Shown here in pieces: positions 51,901-62,891 of a stretch of 64,000 bases of DNA (the first letter of the stretch is position 1; every line of letters starts with the position of its first letter). Both the position numbers and the translations under genes were made by a program. The notes beneath the pieces are model-generated. The model had not been told where the DNA came from. It did not search any database and saw nothing but the letters and a program-made list of their open reading frames with translations. Source of the stretch: Epithemia pelagica (taxonomy: Eukaryota; Protista; Bacillariophyta). Location: the NCBI GenBank assembly GCA_946965045.2, contig OX337232.1, positions 1,240,001-1,304,000 on the forward strand. Direction: 5' to 3'.

Positions 51901-53104
51901 CTCCTTCTTCGTCGGCATCAAAGTCCGATTCTACCTCGTTCTCGTTACTGAGGCTTTCCTCCTCTTCGTCTTCTTGATCTTCTGCTTGCAAAGGTTGTAC
52001 CTTTTGTTGAATAAGTGCGATAAGACGATCCCGGACAACTTTCTTGTGCGCTTTGGTCAAAGTACAATCATACTCGGCTTCAATGGATTCCATGACCTCT
52101 TTGACCTTGACTTGTTTCAAATCCGTCACTTGCAGAAACAAGTGATCCACTGAAGTATGAAGTGCCTCCTCGTCCTGAATGATTTCGGCAGACGAAGCTG
52201 GTTCTTTGGCACGAGTCTCGGTCTTATTCTCGTCAAGGATCGTCTTGCTGTTATTGCTGGGATCTGTTCCAGGCGTTTGCTCTTTTATTTCAAGCTTTTC
52301 CTCTCGTTGACTAGCTTCGGACATCTGATTTTCGGACGGATTCTCCTCCTTCTCCATATCGACGTCTTTCATGCCTTCTGTATCACTGTCTTCTTGAGAA
52401 GACTGATCAAACATTTCATCGTGATTGACGTCGATCTCGGATGATACTTCTGGCTTCTCTGGAATATCACTTTCATCGTCCAAGGAAACACGCGAGACCA
52501 CATTGTGAGAGTCGCCAAAGTCCTCTTCGCCTTCATGCTCACTGGCATTATCTTCTTGCATAAGGTCCTGTTCTTCCTCTTCCATATCTTGGTTGCTTTC
52601 TTGGTGGTCCCCGCTCTCACTGGATACCCTACAAGTCAGGGTATCCTTGTTGTTGTCCGTGTCTTCCATAGAGGATGAATCGTTGGAGGAGGGAACAATT
52701 ACACTGGGCGAAGTCTCATGGGTCATAACGGGGCGTCTTCCAAAGGATTTTCGGACTTTGGTGGTACTCTGACTGGTTTGGCTCTTGTTTGGAGGGGAAT
52801 CAGAATCTTTGGCTGCCGCAAAATCCTCCATCCATGACGAGGACTCTAGTAGACGCGAAAAGGTTGTTTTTGTTGGTCCCTGTGTGGACTCTGGGACCGT
52901 CTCGTCGGTTCCCGGTTCCTCTACCACCCGTTGTGGATTGTTTCCTCGTTCCCAACCGGGAAGACTGACTTCATCATTGTCGCTCTTGTCGGTCGTGCAA
53001 CTACGTGACCCCTGCAAAATCTCTGAACCCTCCATGAGGGTGTCATGCGGTTCCTGACATGAAGGGCTCCTGGAATCAAATGTAGCCGCCGATGTGGTCG
53101 TCAT
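48951..53104 (-). CDS. Large acidic protein, Mrc1/claspin-like; intron 49434-49501
   Basis: Very D/E-rich. LVEEEADEEEEEGMAGLEDFGF..VDELSDDE resembles the MRC1-like domain. The GTATGT..TACAG intron joins MK|NGLVRKR. Confidence 0.6.
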
Positions 53105-53436
53105 GGTGGATAGAACCCTGACACAAGAACAACCAATCCACAAAAAATGGAATCCACCTTCTCGCGCTCTTTCCGCAAGGAGTGCTTGCGTTTGCCCGCT
53201 TCTATTGTATCGTACAAACAATAATGCCCGCGATACAAAGTGCGAGCATGCCAGGTAGGTCAACATTCTGATTTTGGCGCGCTCATCCATATGGTCTGTC
53301 CATATGGTCTGTCCGTCGAATCATCACCTAAGTCTGGGTTCTTCCGGGACTGCCCGGTCCAACGACGATGACGACAACACAAACATCTATTCCAACGATC
53401 ATCATTTCCATTTCCACTTGCACTGAACCATTACTC

Positions 53437-53952
53437 ATGAGGCAAAACGAGGAACCGTCCTCCTCTTCTGCTGATGCCGCTGTGTTCTCAATTCGTTGTC
53501 CGTATGACGTGTTAGGCATTCCTTCCACGGCCACGGCGGAGGAAATCAAGGCGGCCTATCATTTCATGGCACGGCAATATCATCCCGACAAAACAAAGAG
53601 TTCCGACAATGAAACGTTTGTTCAAATCCAAAACGCATGGGAATGTTTGAACAGTTCTCGGAGACGTCAAGAATATGATCAACGATTGCACATTCAACAA
53701 GCACAAGATCGACTACGCCACGGCTCCTCGGCCATTCGTTTGCAAATGGAGGATTGTCACCATATACGCGACGAAGACGACGGAAGCGATGAACTCATAT
53801 TGGTCCACACGTGTCGATGTGGTTGTGTACTCGAAGTCCAGGGAGATGAAGATGATGATGATGGCGACGACAGTTCGTTCTATGAAAAGTACATTGTCGA
53901 ATGTCCGAGCTGCAGTCTCGTCTACAACACCATTGATCTCGAAGGACAATGA
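53437..53952 (+). CDS. DPH4: DnaJ + CSL zinc finger protein (diphthamide biosynthesis Dph4/DNAJC24)
   Basis: PYDVLGI..IKAAYHFMARQYHPDK J-domain, then CRCG..VECPSCS. Confidence 0.85.
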   Translation: MRQNEEPSSSSADAAVFSIRCPYDVLGIPSTATAEEIKAAYHFMARQYHPDKTKSSDNETFVQIQNAWECLNSSRRRQEYDQRLHIQQAQDRLRHGSSAIRLQMEDCHHIRDEDDGSDELILVHTCRCGCVLEVQGDEDDDDGDDSSFYEKYIVECPSCSLVYNTIDLEGQ

Positions 53953-54536
53953 TGATACGCAATCGAAATTGAAACAGCATACTTCTGGCTTTTTCTTGTG
54001 CCAAATTAGGCCCACGTATGGATAATGCTGTTTCATTTCCTCAACGGAACCCAATTGCCCATCTCAGGCTGGCGTCGGAACTACATTGCGTTTTCGTAGA
54101 GACGAAAACTATGCCAAACACTTCGACGCCACACGTCCTGAATGTTTACGGCATTAGAGGCCGGTGAATGTTCAAAGGTTTCCGATAACTTGCACCAAGC
54201 TCACATGTACATTCCTCGAAGAACTCCTTCAACGTTTTTATCTTGAGATTGAGATGGGTTGTGCTCAAATCTGGCTCTCCACGTCGAGTGGAAGTTCGTT
54301 CGCTAGTGCTATCAGTACATAATCCCTCAAAGGCAAATCGTCCTCATCTAGAAGTGTTCTTGCCCTTTGTCCTGCCTCGGGCACGAAACCCTATAACCGC
54401 CATAGCCAACTGAGCTATTCATTCTACCTTTACTATGTCTCTAGTAGAAATTCTTCGAGTCGCGGTAAGATCGCAGATTCTTGTTCCTCCTGAACCATCA
54501 AAAAGATATATCCAAACGTGACATCTTCATTCAACC

Positions 54537-55983
54537 ATGAGAAACATGTTGCCACTTTGGTTGTATTACTGCGCGATTCTCTACGTGGATGTACCCTCGG
54601 TGGTGGGCGGATTTGGTGGACCAGCCATTTTCGCACGAGACAGCAACCGACAATGGACATGGACAACGACGCCAACACGGAGCCAATCGACCTTGCTGTG
54701 GTCCACTACGTCGAGCGACTTACCCAAGGTGTTTATTGATGGTGAAGCAGGAACGACGGGACTTCAAGTAAGGGATCGTCTTGGTTCCAGGAAAGATATT
54801 GAACTTCTCTCAATTCCGGACGATTTGCGAAAAGATGATGAAACGCGAAAGGAAATGATCAATAAGGCGGATGTCGTCATTCTCTGTAAGTCATTATTCA
54901 CGCAAGGAGATCTATATCGGTACGCCGTGGAATGAACTGGTGCAAAGTGCTCTGAGTGCTCCCGTGTTGTGGTAGAAACCTTCTCGTCTTACAACCACTG
55001 ACCTGGTACAATTTTTTCGCATGTGCAATGCCTACTAGGTCTCCCGGATGCCGCATCCATAGAAGCTGCCTCGTGGGTGGAACCGGAAAATGACCGAACT
55101 GTGTTGATTGACGCATCGACTGCCTTTCGTGTTGACGACGACTGGGTGTATGGATTTCCAGGTGAGTCTAGCGTGCAATGGGTTGACTGGTCGTTCGGGT
55201 CTTGCACTCTATGAACAGGATGCTCGTGGTGAGGCGGACAACCACTGCCTTTGGATGATGCTGACATGTGTGTTCCCTTTGGCATGTGTGCGGTCAGAAC
55301 TCTCCAAAGAACAGCGACAAGCGTTGCAGAAATCCAAACGGATATCCAACCCTGGTTGTTATCCGACCGGCTTTATTTCCTTGACCCGACCCTTGTTTGA
55401 TGCGGGCATACTCAAGGAGGGGACACCCGTAACAGTCAATGCCATTTCAGGTTATTCGGGTGGCGGTAAAGCTCTCATGAAGGTTTTTGAAGATGAGGAT
55501 CACGAACCTTGGGGTACCTATGGATTGACCTTGAAACACAAACACTTGCCGGAAATGGCCAAGTACAGTGGCCTCCAAACCAAACCAATTTTCCAACCAG
55601 CCGTGGCAAGCTTTGCACAGGGCATGGTGGTGTCGGTTCCCTTGCATTATCAATGGTTGAATCCAACCAACAAGGATGGAACCGCCACGACTGGGGCTCT
55701 CATTCACGAAACCCTGGCCCAGCACTATGAGGACAGTAACTTTGTACAAGTCATGCCCTTGGGTATGGATCCCGAGGTGCAAGAGCTGCTGGAACGAGGA
55801 GCCTTTTTGGCTCCTGAAGCCTTAAGCAATACGAATCAAATGCAACTCTTTGTTTTCCCCAACGACGACGATGGACAAGTTTTGCTTTGTGCGCGATTGG
55901 ATAATTTGGGCAAGGGAGCCAGTGGAGCGGCCGTGCAAAATATGAATATTGCATTGGGATTGGAAGAAACTACAGGGCTCTAG
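54537..55983 (+). CDS. argC: N-acetyl-gamma-glutamyl-phosphate reductase (type II ArgC), plastid-type presequence; introns 54886-55038 and 55162-55297
   Basis: [14 protein letters not shown]|[21 protein letters not shown]|[38 protein letters not shown]. Confidence 0.93.
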
Positions 55984-56192
55984 AACGCACCAGCCAACTT
56001 TAATGTCGCAAAAACTAGTTGGAACTGCAATCTGGCAGGCGAGGTGCACTACCTTTTCGATCTGGGTCCACATGGACTTTGTGACGGTAGACTGTTAAGC
56101 TATAATCCCTTGAATTTGAACATCGGTGTTTCTTTCCAAACTTTAAAAGGCTGTGTTACTGTTTGACCTTGCTCTTTCCCAGTAGGTTGCTA

Positions 56193-56888
56193 TCACGTGG
56201 TGGAAGGCGGTGGGAGCAACGCCTTGAGACGTTCCAAGGCAAGTGTCGCCTCGTGCGCCAATTCCCAAAGACCTTGTTCTTGGAGACAGGATTTGAAAAT
56301 GGCCATTTTCACGACACTGTGTTTCCCAGCCGCTCGTTCAATGGCCTTGATGCGATTGAACAGGGCCTTGTCGGTCATGGTTTGGATACGCTTCTGACAA
56401 TGTTCGTAGGTGGCGGTAGGATTTTCGTGAGCCGCTCGTTGTTCCGCGTGCGACAATTGGGCATACTCCACGGCTCGTTGTTGCCGTACCGCACGACATT
56501 CTCGAATTTGTTCTTGACGAAGGTCCTCCAAGGAAGTACTAAGATTTGGGTCCTTCTCCCTGTCTGGTTCTGGTCGTACACTGTCCTGAGGTGTCAATCC
56601 CTGGATGCGCCGTGACGTTCGACGTTGTGGAGCATCATCTGGTTGTTTCGACGAGGATGGAGATAAGGGTCGTTTGCTCTTCTTGTTCGTTTTCGTATCC
56701 GCCCTTTGATTCGTCGCAACAGCTGCCTTGTTGTTGGATTCCAGTTGTTCGGAGAATGAAATGAGACCCAATTCCCTCAAACGGGCATTGTTGCGCTCAA
56801 TGTTGCGCAGGCGTTGCAACTCATAGTCACTCATTCCAGATTGTGGCGACGATGAAGACGCGGAGGAGGAGGAAGTTGATTTGCCCAT
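56193..56888 (-). CDS. Hypothetical protein with a SDYELQRLRNIERN..L.ELGL motif
   Basis: Open ORF; the N-terminal helical motif is common in nuclear proteins; function unknown. Confidence 0.7.
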   Translation of the reverse strand: MGKSTSSSSASSSSPQSGMSDYELQRLRNIERNNARLRELGLISFSEQLESNNKAAVATNQRADTKTNKKSKRPLSPSSSKQPDDAPQRRTSRRIQGLTPQDSVRPEPDREKDPNLSTSLEDLRQEQIRECRAVRQQRAVEYAQLSHAEQRAAHENPTATYEHCQKRIQTMTDKALFNRIKAIERAAGKHSVVKMAIFKSCLQEQGLWELAHEATLALERLKALLPPPSTT

Positions 56889-57142
56889 CCTGTACGAATC
56901 TGGTGGAGCGCACTGCCTTCTTTCTTCTTTGGCCCAAGCGCCATGGTCGTTCAAAGCAGTAAACGCGACCAATTAAATTCCCGCCAATTTGCTTCCGAGT
57001 GCGACCGGAGGGCAATTGTGAATGCCTCATAACCTCATCCTGAGTACTGCGACCAACCAGTCGCCATGCGTCCAGGGCATGCATGCAAATTTCATGGCAA
57101 TGGGCAAATGGCAACCCGTCCGCGCCTTTTGAAATTTAGACC

Positions 57143-58612
57143 ATGCCCTGTTTGGTATTGACCGGTCATCCTTGCGCAGGCAAGACGACCTTGGCTCATG
57201 TCATTGCCGATCGTGCCAAGAGCCACTTTGGCATCACCAAGGTGGAGATCATTAGTGAAGGGACGGCCTGTCCCAATCAAAGTCGACAGGACTGTTATAG
57301 TACCTCACAAGCCGAAAAGGTAACACGAGGAGCACTCAAGGCCAGTCTGGATCGAGCCCTCTTAGATACAGGCAGCAGCAGCAGCAGCAGTAATCAAGCC
57401 AAACAACAACAGCAACACTTGGACCAAAACAAGGACGGTGGACACGACACTACGACGAACACTGCATCCTCCACGTTGGTGATTTTGGATTCGTTAAATT
57501 ACATCAAAGGCTTTCGATACGAACTGTATTGTTTGAGCAAGGCAGCCCAACAACAACATGGAGTGGTCTGGGTCTTGAATTCCTTGGACGTGGCCAAGGA
57601 ATGGAATCGACAACGATTGGAGGCCGAAACAGATTCCTCCTACAGTATGGAATTACTGGACGAATTGGTCCTGCGCTTTGAACCTCCCGATGAACGGAAT
57701 CGGTGGGATCGGCCCTTGTTTTGTATCGACGTGCAACCCGAAAACACGCAATCTAGTACTGGTAATACAACAACAACAACGACCAGCACTGTATCCTCGC
57801 AACAAGCATTGGAAAAGTCCGTCTATAACATGCATGAACTCTCATCAGTACTCAATACCAACGAAACAAACACTCAGACTCCTCCTACGAATACCGAGAA
57901 TGTTGGACCTTCCAGTTCCGTCAAGAAAGTACCCAAGGCTCGTTTCAAACGGGCCAAAAAGAAGACGGAAGCCGCTGCCACAAATTCAACAAAAGCTCCA
58001 GGACTAGGGAATGACACTCCATCTGCGGTATCTGGAGATTCACCCGCACCAAACGGCCAAACTCAAGATCCTGTTACGAATGACAAAATTGGCGAGACGT
58101 CACAACCACCGTCCACCACGATGAGACGAAAAACGGTACAAGAACAAGTGGATGCCATGTTGCAACAGTTTCTACAATCTACGCAACCATTGCAACAGGG
58201 CATGTCGACCCAGCAACACTTGGCCCATTCCAATGCAAATTTGATGCACTTGTTGGACCATGTCACTCAACAAGTCTGCCGTGCCATTGTGGCGAGGCGA
58301 TCCACACCCGACTCATCGACAGAGCCCTCTACAGGCACTGCATGCGATATGACCACGTTATCTGTTCGGTTACCTGCAGCGTCTTCTTCATCTCATGAAA
58401 ACGTAGTAAACGTCCAATTGGATCGTCGCTTGCTGTCCCATACCGAACAATTACAACCTTGGCGACGTCAATACTTGAAATGGTGTACGAATCATCCGCC
58501 CCCAAGTGGCAATTCCCAATTGGCTCAAGAATTTTGCAATTACTTGCAAGTACAAGTTGCGTCGTCGGATGACCACAGCGGAAACATTCGAAATTCTGTT
58601 ACATTGACATGA
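57143..58612 (+). CDS. KTI12: Elongator-associated protein Kti12
   Basis: LVLTGHPCAGKTT, ILDSLNYIKGFRYELYCLSK, RFEPPDERNRWDRPLF. Confidence 0.93.
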   Translation: MPCLVLTGHPCAGKTTLAHVIADRAKSHFGITKVEIISEGTACPNQSRQDCYSTSQAEKVTRGALKASLDRALLDTGSSSSSSNQAKQQQQHLDQNKDGGHDTTTNTASSTLVILDSLNYIKGFRYELYCLSKAAQQQHGVVWVLNSLDVAKEWNRQRLEAETDSSYSMELLDELVLRFEPPDERNRWDRPLFCIDVQPENTQSSTGNTTTTTTSTVSSQQALEKSVYNMHELSSVLNTNETNTQTPPTNTENVGPSSSVKKVPKARFKRAKKKTEAAATNSTKAPGLGNDTPSAVSGDSPAPNGQTQDPVTNDKIGETSQPPSTTMRRKTVQEQVDAMLQQFLQSTQPLQQGMSTQQHLAHSNANLMHLLDHVTQQVCRAIVARRSTPDSSTEPSTGTACDMTTLSVRLPAASSSSHENVVNVQLDRRLLSHTEQLQPWRRQYLKWCTNHPPPSGNSQLAQEFCNYLQVQVASSDDHSGNIRNSVTLT

Positions 58613-58788
58613 GATTGGGGGTTGACGTAGGTTTGTTGTACTGCTGGATGAGTGCGCTCTCCCCCTTTTGGATGTTGTTTGCCAAAAATCTGCTTAGTAC
58701 TTTCCAAAGAATGATTGAATCAAACTCGGGGATATGAGATAAGGGGCCTTTTCCTCTAGTGACACGAACATTCCTGTGATGGAGTCAT

Positions 58789-60252
58789 TTATTTTCTGCG
58801 TTTGGTGGCTCGCTTGGGAAGGAGGTCCAAGGAATCGACAGTACTTCCCGTCCGATTGCTATCACTGTCCTCGTCGTCGTCACGATTGTATCGTCGACTT
58901 CGTTTCCTTCGACTATCATCACGTCTTCGTCTTGGCCTGTCATCTTCGTCATGATGCCGATGACTTTTCTTCCTATCGTTTTCTGGTTCCTGTGATTCAC
59001 CGTTGGGGGCCTTTTGAGGATGATCCTGACTTTCTTCTTCCTTTTCCTTGGTACTTTCTTTCCTTGGTCTTTGATGCTTTCGCCGACTGTGTCTCTTCGT
59101 CCTATTGCTTCGTCGATGACGATCCCGTCGACGAAGTCGTTCTTGGGAATCATTCGCACTGTCTGTGCTACTAATAGAACTATCGTCGTCACTGTAATTG
59201 CTACTACTGCTGTAGTAGCGACGTCGTTTGGCCTTTTTTGTTCTCTTTTTCTTTCGTTTCTTTTTCTTGTGGTCCTTGTTGGAGGATGGTTTCCGGTCGA
59301 TACTCGAAGCCTCGGCATTGTGTGTCTCGACAATAGTTTCCAATGCCCGTTCAGCTTGTACATCTTGTAAGGCTGATATTGATTTGTGCGTTCGGCGACC
59401 CACAACGTGTTCTGGATGCCGCTTTTGTTGTTCTTGTTGCTGCTGTTGGTCCAGTAGTTTTTGAACTTGTTCGAGATACAAGATTGCTTTCGAATGATGA
59501 GGGTGTTGGTGCAGAGCGGTTTGTAACGAAGTCACGGCTTTGGAATACTCCTGTTGTTGATTGGCTTGTAGCAAAGCCAAGGCAATCCACAAATCCACAT
59601 GATGGGGATCCACTTGCAACCCTTGTCTATACCAGTTTTCTGCAGCAGTGATGTTGACCTCGTTGCTCTCCTCATTGATGGGATTGCTTGCTTTTAATGA
59701 TGCCACAATGAAACGCCCTTGTTCCAAACAGGATTGACAAAAGGCCTCATGTTGTCGTTCTCGTAAATCCAAGTATGATTCGGTCGGAAAGAACGACGAG
59801 GATGTTGTATATGTAGATAGCTCTGGTACAACAACCACATCATCTATCTCCTCTCCAGTTTTGTGAGGACCATCCAACGATTGCTTGTCAGTTGCTGTGA
59901 TGGGATCTTCGCCTGCTTTTGTTCGAGTGGTATTATCACTCTGGTCTGGATGTTGTGGCGGATCCTTCCCAGGCTCGCGAATCACATGGAGTGTCCAAGG
60001 AAGCCAGTGCGGAGGTGGCTCTTTCTCTGAATTCTTCTCTGCTTGAGATTCATGTTCGGACTGGGCTTCACGATCAAACCGTTTCACGACAGATGGATCC
60101 AATAACAGTTGATTGATCTGATCTTCTTGTCTCGATCCTTCCAATTCTTCTTTACAAGCGTCGTCCTTTTCATTTTGACCCAACGAAGAAGACGCTGCAT
60201 GAGTCCTTTGTGAGCTTGAGACTTTACATTCATCCATGGTTGTCTCATTCAT
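58789..60252 (-). CDS. TPR protein with K/R/S-rich tail (TTC14-like)
   Basis: AENWYRQGLQVDPHHVDLWIALA..AVTSLQTALHQHPHHSKAILYL TPRs, followed by a basic low-complexity C-terminus. Confidence 0.65.
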   Translation of the reverse strand: MNETTMDECKVSSSQRTHAASSSLGQNEKDDACKEELEGSRQEDQINQLLLDPSVVKRFDREAQSEHESQAEKNSEKEPPPHWLPWTLHVIREPGKDPPQHPDQSDNTTRTKAGEDPITATDKQSLDGPHKTGEEIDDVVVVPELSTYTTSSSFFPTESYLDLRERQHEAFCQSCLEQGRFIVASLKASNPINEESNEVNITAAENWYRQGLQVDPHHVDLWIALALLQANQQQEYSKAVTSLQTALHQHPHHSKAILYLEQVQKLLDQQQQQEQQKRHPEHVVGRRTHKSISALQDVQAERALETIVETHNAEASSIDRKPSSNKDHKKKKRKKKRTKKAKRRRYYSSSSNYSDDDSSISSTDSANDSQERLRRRDRHRRSNRTKRHSRRKHQRPRKESTKEKEEESQDHPQKAPNGESQEPENDRKKSHRHHDEDDRPRRRRDDSRRKRSRRYNRDDDEDSDSNRTGSTVDSLDLLPKRATKRRK

Positions 60253-60399
60253 GGTGATTGGATTGTGTTATGTTTGTGATCTTTTCTTCGAAACAAGAGA
60301 CTCGTGGTCCACGATGGTCGGTGATTTCCTGAAACATCTAGCTCCGCAATATCAAGCCAGGACGATCACTGTCAATTATTCTCTTTATGAGGCTACTTG

Positions 60400-60485
60400 C
60401 TAGTTCGTGATGAGCCGCTTTGTGCGAAAGATGATGTCATTGTGGGAATGGCTCATTCCACTTTCATCTTTGTCCTGATGCAATA
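60400..60485 (+). ncRNA. Candidate box C/D snoRNA
   Basis: Box C GTGATGA 60407-60413, C'-like ATGATGT 60431-60437 and box D CTGA 60475-60478, in an intergenic region. No target verified. Confidence 0.25.
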
Positions 60486-60861
60486 GGATTGGGGATTTCT
60501 CTCTTTAATCATTGAACGCTTGGTAGTCAAAACCATTTTATCATTTTTACCTGGATTTCAAATACTCTCTAGTGGTTGGATTCGATCATCAATCTAATCC
60601 AATCAATCAATTGAATTTCGAAGCTCGAAGAAGGAGAGAGCCGCTGAACCACACAAGCCCATTGTGGATATACAAAAGGAGGAGACCCTTGAATACAACA
60701 GAAAAGCAACGGATAGGACAACCGGTCGCGAAGAGAGATCTTGTCGACTTGTAAGAGTGTGTCTCTCTGGTTCATTCTCTTGTGAGCCATATACTTGGCG
60801 GATATTCTTTTGTTGTCATTCCTCCATCACTCAACCCTCGTTCTAAAACGGTATTCCGATC

Positions 60862-62253
60862 ATGTTTCGGGCTCTCTTTTCGCCCGGTCCTAAAACAAAT
60901 CGCAAATCGGACTTGTTCCGATATCGAGGAGGTCGATATCCGTCCCTGGTGCAACAAATTCGTCAAACGTTGGGTCAATGTTTGCGCGAAACGGGTCGAG
61001 CTTTGGATCGCATGGGTTGGCGGTTGGAAAGTTTTACCTGGTTGCCGGACAAGTACATTGGAATTGATCCACCCGTACCCTTTCAAGACTTTTTGAGTCG
61101 GCACGTGACTCAATTGCCGCTCTTGCACTCCGGAAAGCCGGTGGTGCATGAAAAGGTGGCCTTTATTGCACCCTGTGCCACCTTGTTGGGCAATGTTCGA
61201 GTCGATCAAAATGCCTCAATTTGGTATGGTGCTGTACTACGAGGCGATACTAGCTATAATGCCGCGAGTTTTCAGCAAAGTGACCAGGAAATTTTACAAC
61301 ATGCACAAGAGGCTCTACCGCAGTTGTTGTTGCGAGATGGTAGCGAGGATCAATCACCGCTAGACACACAACAAAGCAAGGAAGACGATGACGACAACGA
61401 CGAGGAAGACCACGATGACGAAAAGACGGGTCGGCGACGAAAAAAACCGAAAGGCATTTTTGAAAAATGGGAGGATAGTTACGATAATGCTTATTGCAAG
61501 GGTGGTGGCATTTATGTCGGTCCAGATACCAATTTGCAAGACGGTGTTTTGGTAACGGCCCGTGACGGAGATACTGTGATTGGGCAGGGAGTGACAGTGG
61601 GCCATTTGGCTCAATTGCATAGTTGCAAGGTGCAAGATTATGCTTTGATTGGGATGGGATCAATTTTGTCGGAAGGGTGTCACATCGAAACCGAAGCCTT
61701 GGTAGCAGCGGGTGCCGTCGTACCAGCCCATACCACAATTGGAGCGGGAGAATTGTGGGTAGGCTCACCAGCTCGTAAGATACGAGATTTGACTGCTGAG
61801 GAGCGAGAAAAACTGCATTATCAATCCAGTGAATACGTTCAGTTGGCCTTGTCGCAACGTCATGTCATGGAATTGGGTGGCAATTTGACCAAGGCCAACA
61901 TTTCGTTAATGGAGGCTGTTCGGCACAATCTACAACACGAATACGAGACGCAAGAAACCCATGAAGAACGGATCTATCGGACAAACAAATGGATGCAAAC
62001 CATCTATCGTCCTTATTTGAAGAAACCACCGCCAAGGCCAGAGGCCCTCGAGGCGGGAGAGGAAGATGCGACACCCCCATTGTTGGCCGGTGTGGATGGT
62101 GGAGTTGTTGATACGAATACCATGGACAGTACCGACAGCAGCCTACCTCCCCCAACGTCATCCATGGAAAGAGGAACCCAAACAGGAAATGAGAACGACA
62201 CGGAACAATCATCTTCCACATCAAACGACACAATTGGGCCACCGAAGTCTTAG
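60862..62253 (+). CDS. Gamma carbonic anhydrase-like protein (mitochondrial complex I CA/CAL type)
   Basis: LRETGRALDRMG N-terminus, AFIAPCATLLGNV..SIWYGAVLRGD, TVGHLAQLHSC, LIGMGS, GELWVGSPARKIRDL. Confidence 0.9.
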   Translation: MFRALFSPGPKTNRKSDLFRYRGGRYPSLVQQIRQTLGQCLRETGRALDRMGWRLESFTWLPDKYIGIDPPVPFQDFLSRHVTQLPLLHSGKPVVHEKVAFIAPCATLLGNVRVDQNASIWYGAVLRGDTSYNAASFQQSDQEILQHAQEALPQLLLRDGSEDQSPLDTQQSKEDDDDNDEEDHDDEKTGRRRKKPKGIFEKWEDSYDNAYCKGGGIYVGPDTNLQDGVLVTARDGDTVIGQGVTVGHLAQLHSCKVQDYALIGMGSILSEGCHIETEALVAAGAVVPAHTTIGAGELWVGSPARKIRDLTAEEREKLHYQSSEYVQLALSQRHVMELGGNLTKANISLMEAVRHNLQHEYETQETHEERIYRTNKWMQTIYRPYLKKPPPRPEALEAGEEDATPPLLAGVDGGVVDTNTMDSTDSSLPPPTSSMERGTQTGNENDTEQSSSTSNDTIGPPKS

Positions 62254-62891
62254 CGGGAACGGCGACTACAAGGATCCTGCTGGGACAAACGAGCCAAAAA
62301 CAACCATCATCGCTCTGTAAGGTCTGTTGAAGATATAGAAGTCTTTGCATTGGCAGACCCAGGGCTGTGGTTAGCACAGTGGTTCCCAATTCTGTTACTC
62401 ATTGCGCGGGCTGTAGTTCAATGGCATTGATAAATAATCATTGCTTTTTCACAGATGCGAAGTTGTGGCAAGACATATCCTTCGGTATCTTGACAGCGAA
62501 TCGATGTAATATCTAGTAGGTAGGAAATAGATAATGCCATGGTTCAATGGCGCAGTTTAATCCTCCATGACTCCTTTTTGTTTGTACTAAGAGGAAGGTA
62601 GATATGGTTCAGCGTAACTCTCAAGTCGTTCAATAGTACACCTATTCAATAAAGCACACCCAATGATGATCAACCACGAATACGAGCAACCAAAATGCTT
62701 CCCGTGATTCGGCAAGAGACAAAGGGAAATAAAGATTGGATCTTTCAGAAGTGATAAGCACAAAGAGACTCGCCGAAACCATGGCACAAACCATCGCTCT
62801 TTCCCTCACAACAAAATTACTCGCAGTTGCTTTCTGCGCCTTCCCATCAAACTGTCTTGCGGTGATTCGTAATGTAGTTGTTGCTGTATTC

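Noticed and set aside
62360-62430. tRNA-like 5' halves (TAGCACAGTGG; GCGGGCTGTAGTTCAATGG)
   Set aside because: A-box-like strings, but no TTCRA T-loop or cloverleaf follows.
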